Below are positions 8,722-17,184 of a DNA stretch of 42,323 nucleotides, one piece after another. Below the pieces are notes generated by a model. That model was not told the origin of the DNA. It searched no databases and saw only the letters and a program-made list of their open reading frames with translations. Position 1 is the first letter of the stretch; the number at the start of each line of letters is the position of its first letter. Position numbers and translations under genes: made by a program. The stretch spans positions 1-42,323 of the forward strand of contig CAZIUJ010000001.1 of NCBI GenBank assembly GCA_964542345.1, given 5' to 3'. This DNA comes from an uncultured Alistipes sp. (GTDB taxonomy: Bacteria; Bacteroidota; Bacteroidia; Bacteroidales; Rikenellaceae).

Positions 8722-9186
8722 ATGATCCAACGCATCCAGTCGCTCTATCTCTTGCTCGTCTCCGCTTTGATGGCCGTCGCGCTTTTCGCGCCGCTGGCTT
8801 GGTTCGCGGGCGACGCCGGCGAGTTCCGGCTCCACGCTTTTTCGCTGCGCCTGCTCGGCGGCGAGGCCGTGCAGCCGACTTTGTGCATGGGTTTGCTCTT
8901 CGTCCTCGCCGGCCTCTTGCCGTTCGCGACGATTTTCTGTTTCCGGCGGCGCCTCCTGCAGCTTCGGCTGTGCATCGTCGAGGCCGTGCTGCTGGTCGGC
9001 GCGCTCGTCATGGAGGGCGTCTATTACTTTCTCAGCTGGCGGGTCTTCGCCGGCTTGGCGTTCCACATGCAGGGGTTCTGCGTCTCGATCGCCTTGCCCC
9101 TCGTCTGCCTTCTCTTCGTGTGGCTGGCCGCCCGCGCTATTTTGCACGACGAGTTGCTCGTCCGCGCCGCCGACCGCATCCGGTAG
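8722..9186 (+). CDS. DUF4293-family membrane protein
   Basis: Characteristic termini MIQRIQSLYLLL and AARAILHDELLVRAADRIR. Confidence 0.85.
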   Translation: MIQRIQSLYLLLVSALMAVALFAPLAWFAGDAGEFRLHAFSLRLLGGEAVQPTLCMGLLFVLAGLLPFATIFCFRRRLLQLRLCIVEAVLLVGALVMEGVYYFLSWRVFAGLAFHMQGFCVSIALPLVCLLFVWLAARAILHDELLVRAADRIR

Positions 9187-9208
9187 GGGAGCCGTCCCTT
9201 TCCTGCAG

Positions 9209-9238
9209 CACCGTTCCGCACGCCGGGACGGTGTTTTT
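9209..9238 (+). terminator. Intrinsic terminator
   Basis: CACCGTTCCG-CACGC-CGGGACGGTG-TTTTT. Confidence 0.7.
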
Positions 9239-9280
9239 CGTAATTGTGGACTTTTTGATTATAAAAAAGGTGGCAGGAAC

Positions 9281-9311
9281 TTTGCGCATCCGTAAAATAC
9301 TTTTATCTTTG
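9281..9311 (+). promoter_or_regulatory. Consensus Bacteroidetes sigma promoter for the nuclease/TonB operon
   Basis: TTTG (9281-9284), 19-nt spacer, TATCTTTG (9304-9311). Confidence 0.75.
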
Positions 9312-9329
9312 GAGCAACGTTTTCGAGAC

Positions 9330-9365
9330 CGAGTGCAGAGCCGAGTTTACTCGAGCTATGCCGAG
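9330..9365 (-). repeat. Intergenic hairpin repeat, copy 3 (inverted, in the predicted 5' UTR)
   Basis: Reverse complement CTCGGCATAGCTCGAGTAAACTCGGCTCTGCACTCG aligns with copies 1 and 2. Confidence 0.7.
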
Positions 9366-9467
9366 GTAAGAAAACCTGCAGAAAACTGAACAATATTACT
9401 ATTATGTAATAGCAATGTTGTCGTGCAATCGGAAACCTCTAATTTATTTTATTAAAAACCTGGTTTT

Positions 9468-11903
9468 ATGAAAACTTTCAATTTTTGGCGTTCGTTGTTT
9501 TTCTCGGCGCTGGCAGTCGTGGCTTTCGGCGCCTGCTCGGATGACGACGATAACAAGGGCAATGGCGGCGAAGCCTCCATTACGGTCAACGGCGAGAAAG
9601 CTACGACGCTCGGCGTGAAGGCCGAGGCCGGCACGACCGAGGACGTTACGGTCGTTTCGTCGGGTGCGTGGACCCTCGCTTTCGAGGCCGAGCAGGACTG
9701 GCTGACGCCCAGCGCTACGTCCGGCAAGGGCGGCACGTCGACGCTGTCGTTCGCCTATACGGCGCTGCCCGAGGGTACCGAGGTGCGCAAGGCTACGGCC
9801 GTTCTCACGACCGAGGGCCGGTTTATGAATCAGCCTTATTCCGTTGAGGCCAAGATCACCGTCGAGCAGTCGGCCAGCGGCGAGGTCAGCGAGACCGTCC
9901 TTATCTATAAGGAGACGTTCGGCACGGCTCAGGTTTCCGGCAACACCGATGTCGACAAGTATACGGCTTGGGACAAGACCGGCGAGGGCGCTGCCGACGT
10001 AACGTACGTAGGCACGAACGTTACCATTCGCAATACGAGCCCCAACGACGCATCCAGCTACGATGGCGCTTCGACGGCTCCGATCCTCTTCTTCGGAAAG
10101 GTTCCCGCTACGTTCACCGTGCAGAACATCGCGTTGACGGCCGAGCAGACCAAGCTGCAGCTGACATTCGGCGGCCAGCAGATCATCAAAAACGGTTCGG
10201 ACTATACCTGGTCGAACGAAAATCTGCTTGTGGCGCTGAGTGCCGACGGAAAGGTTTGGTCGACGATCGAATATACGACCAACGACGGCGACCAGAATGC
10301 CGATGCCAAAAACTGGGTATTGGCTACCGCCAACTTTACGCTCAAGGCTCCGGCCGAGAAGCTCTACATCCGCTTCACGGCACCTCTCCTCGCATCGGCT
10401 ACCCGTATCGACGACATTACCTTGCAGACGGGCATGGGCGGCGCTGAGGTCGACCTCGCAGCCGGCGATCCCGTTCCTACCGTGAAAATTAACGAGATCA
10501 CCGCTGCCGGCGACTATCAGGTTGAGGGCGCTACGGTCATCGCTGCCTACGAGGCCGGCTTCCTCATGCAGGACGAGACGGAGGGCATTATCCTGGTTTA
10601 TCCGGGTGCCGACGCGACGATTCCTGCTGCCGGCAAGGTCGTAACCGTTAGAGGTACTGTCGCTGCTTACGGCGGCGTGCTGCAGTTCGGTCAGGGTTCC
10701 TTGATTACCGAGACCGGCGAGGGTGAGATTCCGGCCGCTCCCGAGGCTGTCGAGATTACGGCGGACAACATCGCCGGTCTCATGACTTCGCCCAAGATCA
10801 CCTATGTCAAGACGACGGGCACGCTGACCGTCGACGACAAGTATCGCAACCTTGTCTTCACGTTCGAGACTTCGTACAAGGGCTCGATCGTCGCTCCGGC
10901 TGCCGATGCTCCGTTCGATCTTACTACGCTCAGCGGCAGCCTGGTCGACGTTACCGGTTGGTTCCTCAACAACTCGAACGGTACTACCTACCTCTCGATT
11001 CTGGCTACGGATGTCAAGGAGAACACCTCGACGCCTATGCTCACATTTACCTCCAAACCGCAGGTTTTCGCCGGCAAAGACCCCGAACCGCAGACGATTA
11101 ACTTCACGGCAACGAACGTTCCTGCCGATGAAAACGTTACTTTCGAGTTCACGGGTGCCGATGCCGCCATGTTCGACGTCGAGGGTCAGGACAATACTTC
11201 CGTTACGATCAAGGCTGTAGGCAACAACGACACAGATACCGATTACATGGCTACGCTTGTTGCTTCCTACAATAATGTAACGCTGGCCACGCTCGATGTA
11301 AAACAGACCGTTATTCCTACCGGTGCCGGTTATACGATGATTACGTCGGTTGCCGATTTGACGGCCGGAACCTATTATATGGCTGGTAAGCTCGATAGCT
11401 TTACCTCTAATGGCAATACTACCACGTGGACTCCTTATTCTTATCATCTTTGGACTGGTAAGGTTTCGGGCAATCCTCCTTACACCGCTGAAGCTTATAA
11501 GAATACTAATTCAGATTTGGTAACAGCCAACTATCAGTATGAAAATAATCAATTGGTCATCGATCCTGCATGGACTGGAGATACTGGTGCCTTGATTACG
11601 CTTGAGGCTACGGATGCCGAGAATACATATTATATCAAGATTGGTAATCAATATTTGAAGAATTTCGTAGAGGATACGAATCGTCGTATGGGTTTGTTCG
11701 ATACTTCAGAAGGTGCTGAATGGGTATTTGTCGATGGAACCGGAAACCAAGCGAACAGTATTGTCGTCTCGAATAATAAGGCATATCTTGGAACTGCGGG
11801 TGCAGCGTCAGCCTTGTTGCGTTCGTATAAGAGCTCGTCCTATGCAAGTTCGTTGAAGTGGGGCTTGTGCTTCTTCAAAGAAAACGAAGCTGCCAACGAT
11901 TAG
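9468..11903 (+). CDS. Multidomain surface lipoprotein: BACON-like Ig domain, beta-sandwich, probable OB-fold region, variable C-terminal domain
   Basis: Lipobox FGA-C followed by acidic export signal SDDDDNK; BACON signature W..(QDWL)TP..SG.GG; region ~335-520 resembles OB folds (VEGATVIA..GFLMQD..GILVY; VDVTGW). Confidence 0.75.
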   Translation: MKTFNFWRSLFFSALAVVAFGACSDDDDNKGNGGEASITVNGEKATTLGVKAEAGTTEDVTVVSSGAWTLAFEAEQDWLTPSATSGKGGTSTLSFAYTALPEGTEVRKATAVLTTEGRFMNQPYSVEAKITVEQSASGEVSETVLIYKETFGTAQVSGNTDVDKYTAWDKTGEGAADVTYVGTNVTIRNTSPNDASSYDGASTAPILFFGKVPATFTVQNIALTAEQTKLQLTFGGQQIIKNGSDYTWSNENLLVALSADGKVWSTIEYTTNDGDQNADAKNWVLATANFTLKAPAEKLYIRFTAPLLASATRIDDITLQTGMGGAEVDLAAGDPVPTVKINEITAAGDYQVEGATVIAAYEAGFLMQDETEGIILVYPGADATIPAAGKVVTVRGTVAAYGGVLQFGQGSLITETGEGEIPAAPEAVEITADNIAGLMTSPKITYVKTTGTLTVDDKYRNLVFTFETSYKGSIVAPAADAPFDLTTLSGSLVDVTGWFLNNSNGTTYLSILATDVKENTSTPMLTFTSKPQVFAGKDPEPQTINFTATNVPADENVTFEFTGADAAMFDVEGQDNTSVTIKAVGNNDTDTDYMATLVASYNNVTLATLDVKQTVIPTGAGYTMITSVADLTAGTYYMAGKLDSFTSNGNTTTWTPYSYHLWTGKVSGNPPYTAEAYKNTNSDLVTANYQYENNQLVIDPAWTGDTGALITLEATDAENTYYIKIGNQYLKNFVEDTNRRMGLFDTSEGAEWVFVDGTGNQANSIVVSNNKAYLGTAGAASALLRSYKSSSYASSLKWGLCFFKENEAAND

Positions 11904-11928
11904 CCGATTTTTACCTTTTTTTCAACCC

Positions 11929-11970
11929 AACTCTTGGCGGGGGATTACCCTGCCAAGAGTTAGGTTTTTT
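11929..11970 (+). terminator. Strong intra-operon hairpin with T-tract
   Basis: AACTCTTGGCGGGG-GATTA-CCCTGCCAAGAGTT-AGG-TTTTTT. Confidence 0.65.
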
Positions 11971-11993
11971 GAAAACCTTTTTCTTTTTCCCGA

Positions 11994-13190
11994 ATGTCTC
12001 TTTTCAGGAATTTCCACCTGCCCGCATGGGTACTTGCGGGTCTCTTCTTTCTCTTTACGGGATGCGGCGACAGCGACAAGGGCCCTACGGTCTCGGCGCG
12101 GCTCGAAGCAGAGACCGTAAATTGCAATACCACAACGAACCGAATCATCGCCACGGGCGATGCCATGACCTATGTCGCCACGATCCTCGGACAGGAGATC
12201 GGCGATGCCTGGTGTTCGTTCAGTTCGTTCGAGACGTTGATCGAACCCGTCTTCACCAAAACGGGCTCCGTCGGCACGCCGATGAACCTTTACCTCCGGC
12301 GCAACGAAACCGACGCCGAGCGTACGGCGCAGATCAACATCCTTTTTGCCGACGGCACCTCCGAGCGCCTCGTTCTGCAGCAGGGCGCTTTTTCTGAGAC
12401 GGCCGACTACGATCGCCGCTGGGGCGAGCAGCCCGCCTGGCGCAAGAGTGACACCTATATATATAAGACCTACTATACGACCCTCACCCGCGGCGGCTAC
12501 GTCCGCAACTATTCCGTCTGCTTCGACACCGAGAAGCGCGTGTCGCACTGGGTCGCCTATCCCCTGACCACCAATTACCTCGAACCCTCCATTACCCGGA
12601 CCAACGCCTGGTCCTACGACCCCAACGACCAGCTGCCCGCCATTCCGCAGTCGGCGCAGTCCGGTCCCACGAAAACCTACGGCACGGGCGATGCCCGCGG
12701 CCACCAGTGCCCCTCGGCCGACCGCTACAGCAACAAGGAGACCAACGCCATGACGTTCTACGCCCCGAACATCATGCCGCAAAATTATAAGTTCAACGGC
12801 GACATTTGGGCCGACCTGGAGAGTAAAATCCGCGAGGTGTACAGGATGAACCGCCGCGACACCCTGTTCGTCGTAACCGGCACGTTCTTCGGCAATAGCA
12901 AGACGATCACCGATCGCGACGGCAAGAGAGTGGCCTATCCCTCGAACTGCTGGAAAGTGCTGCTGCGCGGCTCCGGCGGCAAGGCCGTCTGGGAGTGCTC
13001 GGCCGGCGAGCTCTACGGCATCGGCTTCTGGTTCGCCAACGACGCCTCGAACATCGCTTCGCTGCGCAGCTACGCCACCTCGATCGCCGACATCGAGGAG
13101 AAAACCGGCTTCTCCTTTTTCCGCAACCTGCCTGCCGCGGCGGCCGATGCCGTCAAGGCCCAGAACCGCCCCTCGGACTGGGGTCTCTGA
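11994..13190 (+). CDS. DNA/RNA non-specific endonuclease (NucA/EndA beta-beta-alpha-metal family), lipoprotein
   Basis: Lipobox FTG-C-GDSDK; NYSVCFD, WVAYPL, catalytic DARGHQCPSAD, TFYAPNIMPQ..FNGDIWADLE. Confidence 0.92.
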   Translation: MSLFRNFHLPAWVLAGLFFLFTGCGDSDKGPTVSARLEAETVNCNTTTNRIIATGDAMTYVATILGQEIGDAWCSFSSFETLIEPVFTKTGSVGTPMNLYLRRNETDAERTAQINILFADGTSERLVLQQGAFSETADYDRRWGEQPAWRKSDTYIYKTYYTTLTRGGYVRNYSVCFDTEKRVSHWVAYPLTTNYLEPSITRTNAWSYDPNDQLPAIPQSAQSGPTKTYGTGDARGHQCPSADRYSNKETNAMTFYAPNIMPQNYKFNGDIWADLESKIREVYRMNRRDTLFVVTGTFFGNSKTITDRDGKRVAYPSNCWKVLLRGSGGKAVWECSAGELYGIGFWFANDASNIASLRSYATSIADIEEKTGFSFFRNLPAAAADAVKAQNRPSDWGL

Positions 13191-13224
13191 CCTGCCGAAT
13201 CGAATCTAACATCATAAAACCGCC

Positions 13225-14256
13225 ATGAAGAAAATCCTTTTTACAGGTCTGTTTGTCGCCCTCTTCGCGGCAGGCATCGCACAGAAGCCTTACAAAGTGG
13301 TCTTCTACAACTTCGAGAACCTTTTCGACACGATCGACGATCCCGACGTGCACGACGAGGAGTTCACGCCGCAGGGCGCCAAGAAGTGGAATACCACCAA
13401 GTACAACAAGAAGATCGGCAACCTCGAACAGGTCTTGTTCGACATTGCGGCCGAGGACCACGATTATCCCGTCGTCATCGGTGTCTCGGAGATCGAGAAC
13501 CGCAACGTCATGGAGGATGTCATCGCGCAGCCGAAGCTGGCGCGCGCCAACTACCGCGTTGTGCACTTCGACTCGCCCGATGCCCGCGGCGTGGACGTGG
13601 GTTTCTACTATCGGCCCGACCTCTTCAAGATAGAGGGTTCCGAGCCCATTCCGTTCCGGATGCCCGATCTGCCCAACTTCCGCACGCGCGACTTCGTAAC
13701 GATGTGGGGCACGATCGCGGACGAGCCGTTCTTCTTCCTCGTCAGCCACTGGCCCTCGCGCCTGGGCGGCAAGGAGGCTTCCGATCCCAAGCGCATGGCC
13801 GCCGCCCGGCAGGTCCGGGCGATCGTCGACTCCGTGCAGCGGGCCAATCCGGCTACGAAAGTCGTCGTCATGGGCGACCTGAACGACGACGCCACCGACA
13901 ACAGCATCGTCGAGGGCCTGAGTGCGCAGGGCAAGATCAAGGACCTGCGGCCGGGAGAGATGTTCAACCCCTTCATTGCGCTGCTCCGCGCCGGCTACGG
14001 CACCCTCGCATATCGCGACTCGTGGAACCTGTTCGACAACATCATCGTCTCCTACAACCTCGTCGATGCTCCGGAGGGCACCCTGCACCTGCTGCCCGTC
14101 GGCAAGTCGAAGTTCTACGGCGGCATCTTCCGCCGTCCCTACATGATCCAGAAGGAGGGGCAGTACAAGGGTTACCCGCTGCGCACGTTCGTCGGCAACG
14201 ACTTCCAGAACGGCTTCAGCGATCACTTCCCCGTTTACATCTACCTCGGTAAATAA
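13225..14256 (+). CDS. Endonuclease/exonuclease/phosphatase (EEP, DNase I-like) family protein, likely periplasmic
   Basis: Signal peptide ending AGIA-Q; FYNFENLFD, GVSEIEN, HWPSR, MGDLND, WNLFD, FSDHFPV. Confidence 0.92.
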   Translation: MKKILFTGLFVALFAAGIAQKPYKVVFYNFENLFDTIDDPDVHDEEFTPQGAKKWNTTKYNKKIGNLEQVLFDIAAEDHDYPVVIGVSEIENRNVMEDVIAQPKLARANYRVVHFDSPDARGVDVGFYYRPDLFKIEGSEPIPFRMPDLPNFRTRDFVTMWGTIADEPFFFLVSHWPSRLGGKEASDPKRMAAARQVRAIVDSVQRANPATKVVVMGDLNDDATDNSIVEGLSAQGKIKDLRPGEMFNPFIALLRAGYGTLAYRDSWNLFDNIIVSYNLVDAPEGTLHLLPVGKSKFYGGIFRRPYMIQKEGQYKGYPLRTFVGNDFQNGFSDHFPVYIYLGK

Positions 14257-14276
14257 TCTGTGCAAACCATAATCCT

Positions 14277-17162
14277 ATGAAACTGAAAACTTTCCTTCTT
14301 CTTCTGCTCGCTGCTGCCGGCGCCGCCTCAGCCTACGCACAGGAGGGCGGCATCCGCGGCAAGGTCGTCTCGCGCAGCGACCGGGAAGCGCTGAGCAACG
14401 TCCGGGTAACCGTCGAGTCCACGGGCCTGACCGCCATCACGGACCGCGACGGCAACTTCCTCTTCGAGAACCTCCCGCAGGGCGACTACCGCCTCTCGTT
14501 CGAGGCTCCCGACTTCGAGGAGCTCGAATTGCGCGTGCGCGTCGGGCAGAACATGCGCGACCTGAGCAGCGTCATCGTCTCGCCGCTCGCCGCCTCGGCC
14601 GATTTCGACGATTCGCTCTTCGCCGAGTTCGACAGCGACTCGTCGTCGTCCGACGAACAGTCGCTGCCCTCGTCGCTGTCGTCGTCGAAGGACCTCTACA
14701 ACAGCATCGCGTCGTACCGCTTCTCCGAGATGCGCTTCAACGTCCGCGGCTATGATTCGCAGTACTCGGACATCTACCTCAACGGCATCCGCTTCAACGA
14801 CGCCATGACCGGCTACGGCCCCTGGTCGCTGTGGAGCGGCCTGAACGACGCCACGCGCAACCAGAACAACGTCGCCGGCCTCACGGCTACGGACTTCGGC
14901 GTGGGCGGCATCGCCGGCATGACCAACGTCAACGCCCGGGCTTCGCAGATGCGCAAGGGCCTGCGCGTGAGCGTCGCCAACGGCAACCAGATGTACCGCT
15001 TCCGCGCGATGGTCTCCTACGCCTCGGGACAGCTGGACAACGGCTGGTCCTACGGCTTCTCCGTCGGTACGCGGCAGGGCGGCAACGGCTATGTCGACGG
15101 GGTTTACTACAACTCCTATTCCTACTTCCTCTCGGCCGAGAAGCTCTTCCGCCACGATCATCGGCTGGCCCTTACCGTCATGGCGTCGCCCTCGGAGCGC
15201 GGTGCCCAGCAGGCGTCGACGGACGAGGCTTACCGCCTCTTCGGCAACAATTATTACAACCCCAACGTCGGTTATCAGGACGGCAAGCTCCGCAACTCCC
15301 GCGTGCGCAATACCCACGAGCCGATCGTCATGCTCAACTACACGTGGGATGCTTCCGACAAAACGCGCCTGAACGCCGCCACGGCCCTGCGCTTCGGTAA
15401 GAACGGTTATTCGGCCCTCACATGGAAGGACGCCAGCGATCCTCGCGCCGACTACTACCGCTACCTCCCGTCGTCGCTCCTGAGCCAGATCGTGCCGGGC
15501 GTTACTTCCGAGGAGACCATCTACGAGTACAACTACCGCGCGCAGCAGCTGGCCCAGAACTTCACGGGCCGCCTGCAGTTCGACCGCTTCTATCAGGAGA
15601 ACAAGTTGATTGACAATACGTTGGCCGACCAGTTCGCCGACAGCCGCGACGAGCAGTTCAAGGAGACCATCTCCTCGAAATTCCGCTCGAACCTCATCCT
15701 CGAGGAGCGCCATACCGACCAGCTCGACTACAACTTCGCCCTCGACGTCTCGCACCAGATCCGCAACAACATGCGCATCGTCGGCGGTGCCAACGTGCGC
15801 GTCAACCGCACTTGGTACTACGACGAGGTGAAGGACCTCTTAGGCGGCGATTATTGGTACGACGTCGACAAGTTCGCCGAGCGCGACATGTCGCAGAGTG
15901 CCGTCAACTACCAGAACGACCTCGACTACTACTACAGCACGGGCCATGCCCGCGTGGCCCGCGTGGGGGACAAGATCAGCTACAACTACCGTGCGCACCT
16001 GCTCGAAACGACGGCCTGGGCGCTCTACAACTACGCCGTCGGGGGCTTCTCGATGAACGTCGGCGGCAAGGTCGGCTACTCCTCCATGCACCGCGAGGGC
16101 CTTTGGCGCAAGGGGCTCTTCCCCGATAACTCGCAGGGCGACTCCAAGACGCTCGACTACCTGATCTACAGCGGCAAGCTCAACCTCTCGTACCGTTTCT
16201 CGGGGGCCCATTCGCTCGAAGCCGGCATTACCTACATGCAGAACGCGCCCAAGTTCGCCAACGCCTTTGTCTCGCCCCGTACGCGCAACACCACGACGCC
16301 CGGCATCTCGGCCGAGCATATCTTCGGCGCCGACCTGACCTACAACCTCAACCTGCCTTTCCTCAAGGCCCGCGTCTCGGGTTTCTATACCACGATGACC
16401 GACCAGACGAAGGTCATTTCGTTCTACGACGACGTCGAGCGTTCGTTCACCAACTTCGCCATGAGCGGCATCGACAAGCGTTACTACGGCATCGAGGCCG
16501 CCGTGTCGGTTCCTATCTGGAACGGCATCTCGGCCGTCGGCGCCGTCAGCTGGGGCGACTACACCTATACGTCGAACCCCGACTTCATCCAGACCATCGA
16601 CAACGTGGACAAGATCGTCTCCAAGCCCGGCGAAAAGGTCGACTGGAAAGGGTTCCACGTCGAAGGTTCGCCGCAGCTGGCTTTCAACGTCGGCATCGAC
16701 TACCGCGGTCCGCATAACTGGTTCGCGTCGGTCAACTTCAATTACTACGACAACCTCTACCTCTCGATGAACCCTTATTACCGGACTTCGCAGGCTACGC
16801 AGTTCTATACGAACCTCATCCTGAACGAGCTCGACAAGGCAAGCGACAAAAGGGACATGAAGGTCGTCCGGGAGGCCGCTCGGGGCATCCAGGAGATGCG
16901 GGCTCAGGAGAAGTTCGGCGGCTACTATACGCTGAGCGCCAGCGTCGGCAAGAACTGGTACATCCACCGGCAGTATACGTTGGGCTTCAGCCTCGAAGTC
17001 AAGAACATCCTCAACGACCACGACATCCGCACGGGCGGCTACGAGCAGATGCGTCTGCGCCGCGTGCGTACGCCGGAGGGCGTGAAGTTCTCCCGCTTCG
17101 ATTCGAAGTATTTCTACATGCTGGGGGCTACCTATTACCTCAATGTCTATTTCCGTTTCTAA
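14277..17162 (+). CDS. TonB-dependent outer-membrane transporter with N-terminal carboxypeptidase-regulatory-like domain (non-SusC type)
   Basis: Signal peptide AYA-Q; GKV..TDRDGNF domain; plug-like FNVRGYD..IYLNGI; VKNILND and C-terminal YLNVYFRF. Confidence 0.88.
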   Translation: MKLKTFLLLLLAAAGAASAYAQEGGIRGKVVSRSDREALSNVRVTVESTGLTAITDRDGNFLFENLPQGDYRLSFEAPDFEELELRVRVGQNMRDLSSVIVSPLAASADFDDSLFAEFDSDSSSSDEQSLPSSLSSSKDLYNSIASYRFSEMRFNVRGYDSQYSDIYLNGIRFNDAMTGYGPWSLWSGLNDATRNQNNVAGLTATDFGVGGIAGMTNVNARASQMRKGLRVSVANGNQMYRFRAMVSYASGQLDNGWSYGFSVGTRQGGNGYVDGVYYNSYSYFLSAEKLFRHDHRLALTVMASPSERGAQQASTDEAYRLFGNNYYNPNVGYQDGKLRNSRVRNTHEPIVMLNYTWDASDKTRLNAATALRFGKNGYSALTWKDASDPRADYYRYLPSSLLSQIVPGVTSEETIYEYNYRAQQLAQNFTGRLQFDRFYQENKLIDNTLADQFADSRDEQFKETISSKFRSNLILEERHTDQLDYNFALDVSHQIRNNMRIVGGANVRVNRTWYYDEVKDLLGGDYWYDVDKFAERDMSQSAVNYQNDLDYYYSTGHARVARVGDKISYNYRAHLLETTAWALYNYAVGGFSMNVGGKVGYSSMHREGLWRKGLFPDNSQGDSKTLDYLIYSGKLNLSYRFSGAHSLEAGITYMQNAPKFANAFVSPRTRNTTTPGISAEHIFGADLTYNLNLPFLKARVSGFYTTMTDQTKVISFYDDVERSFTNFAMSGIDKRYYGIEAAVSVPIWNGISAVGAVSWGDYTYTSNPDFIQTIDNVDKIVSKPGEKVDWKGFHVEGSPQLAFNVGIDYRGPHNWFASVNFNYYDNLYLSMNPYYRTSQATQFYTNLILNELDKASDKRDMKVVREAARGIQEMRAQEKFGGYYTLSASVGKNWYIHRQYTLGFSLEVKNILNDHDIRTGGYEQMRLRRVRTPEGVKFSRFDSKYFYMLGATYYLNVYFRF

Positions 17163-17184
17163 CCTCGAAAAGCGATTACGCACC

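Noticed and set aside
77-9365. 36-37 bp palindromic repeats as a possible CRISPR array
   Set aside because: Copies are kilobases apart, divergent and in both orientations; no spacers or cas genes
11994-14256. Anti-phage defence or toxin nucleases
   Set aside because: Both carry export signals and lie in a TonB transporter operon; no immunity, methylase or ATPase partner
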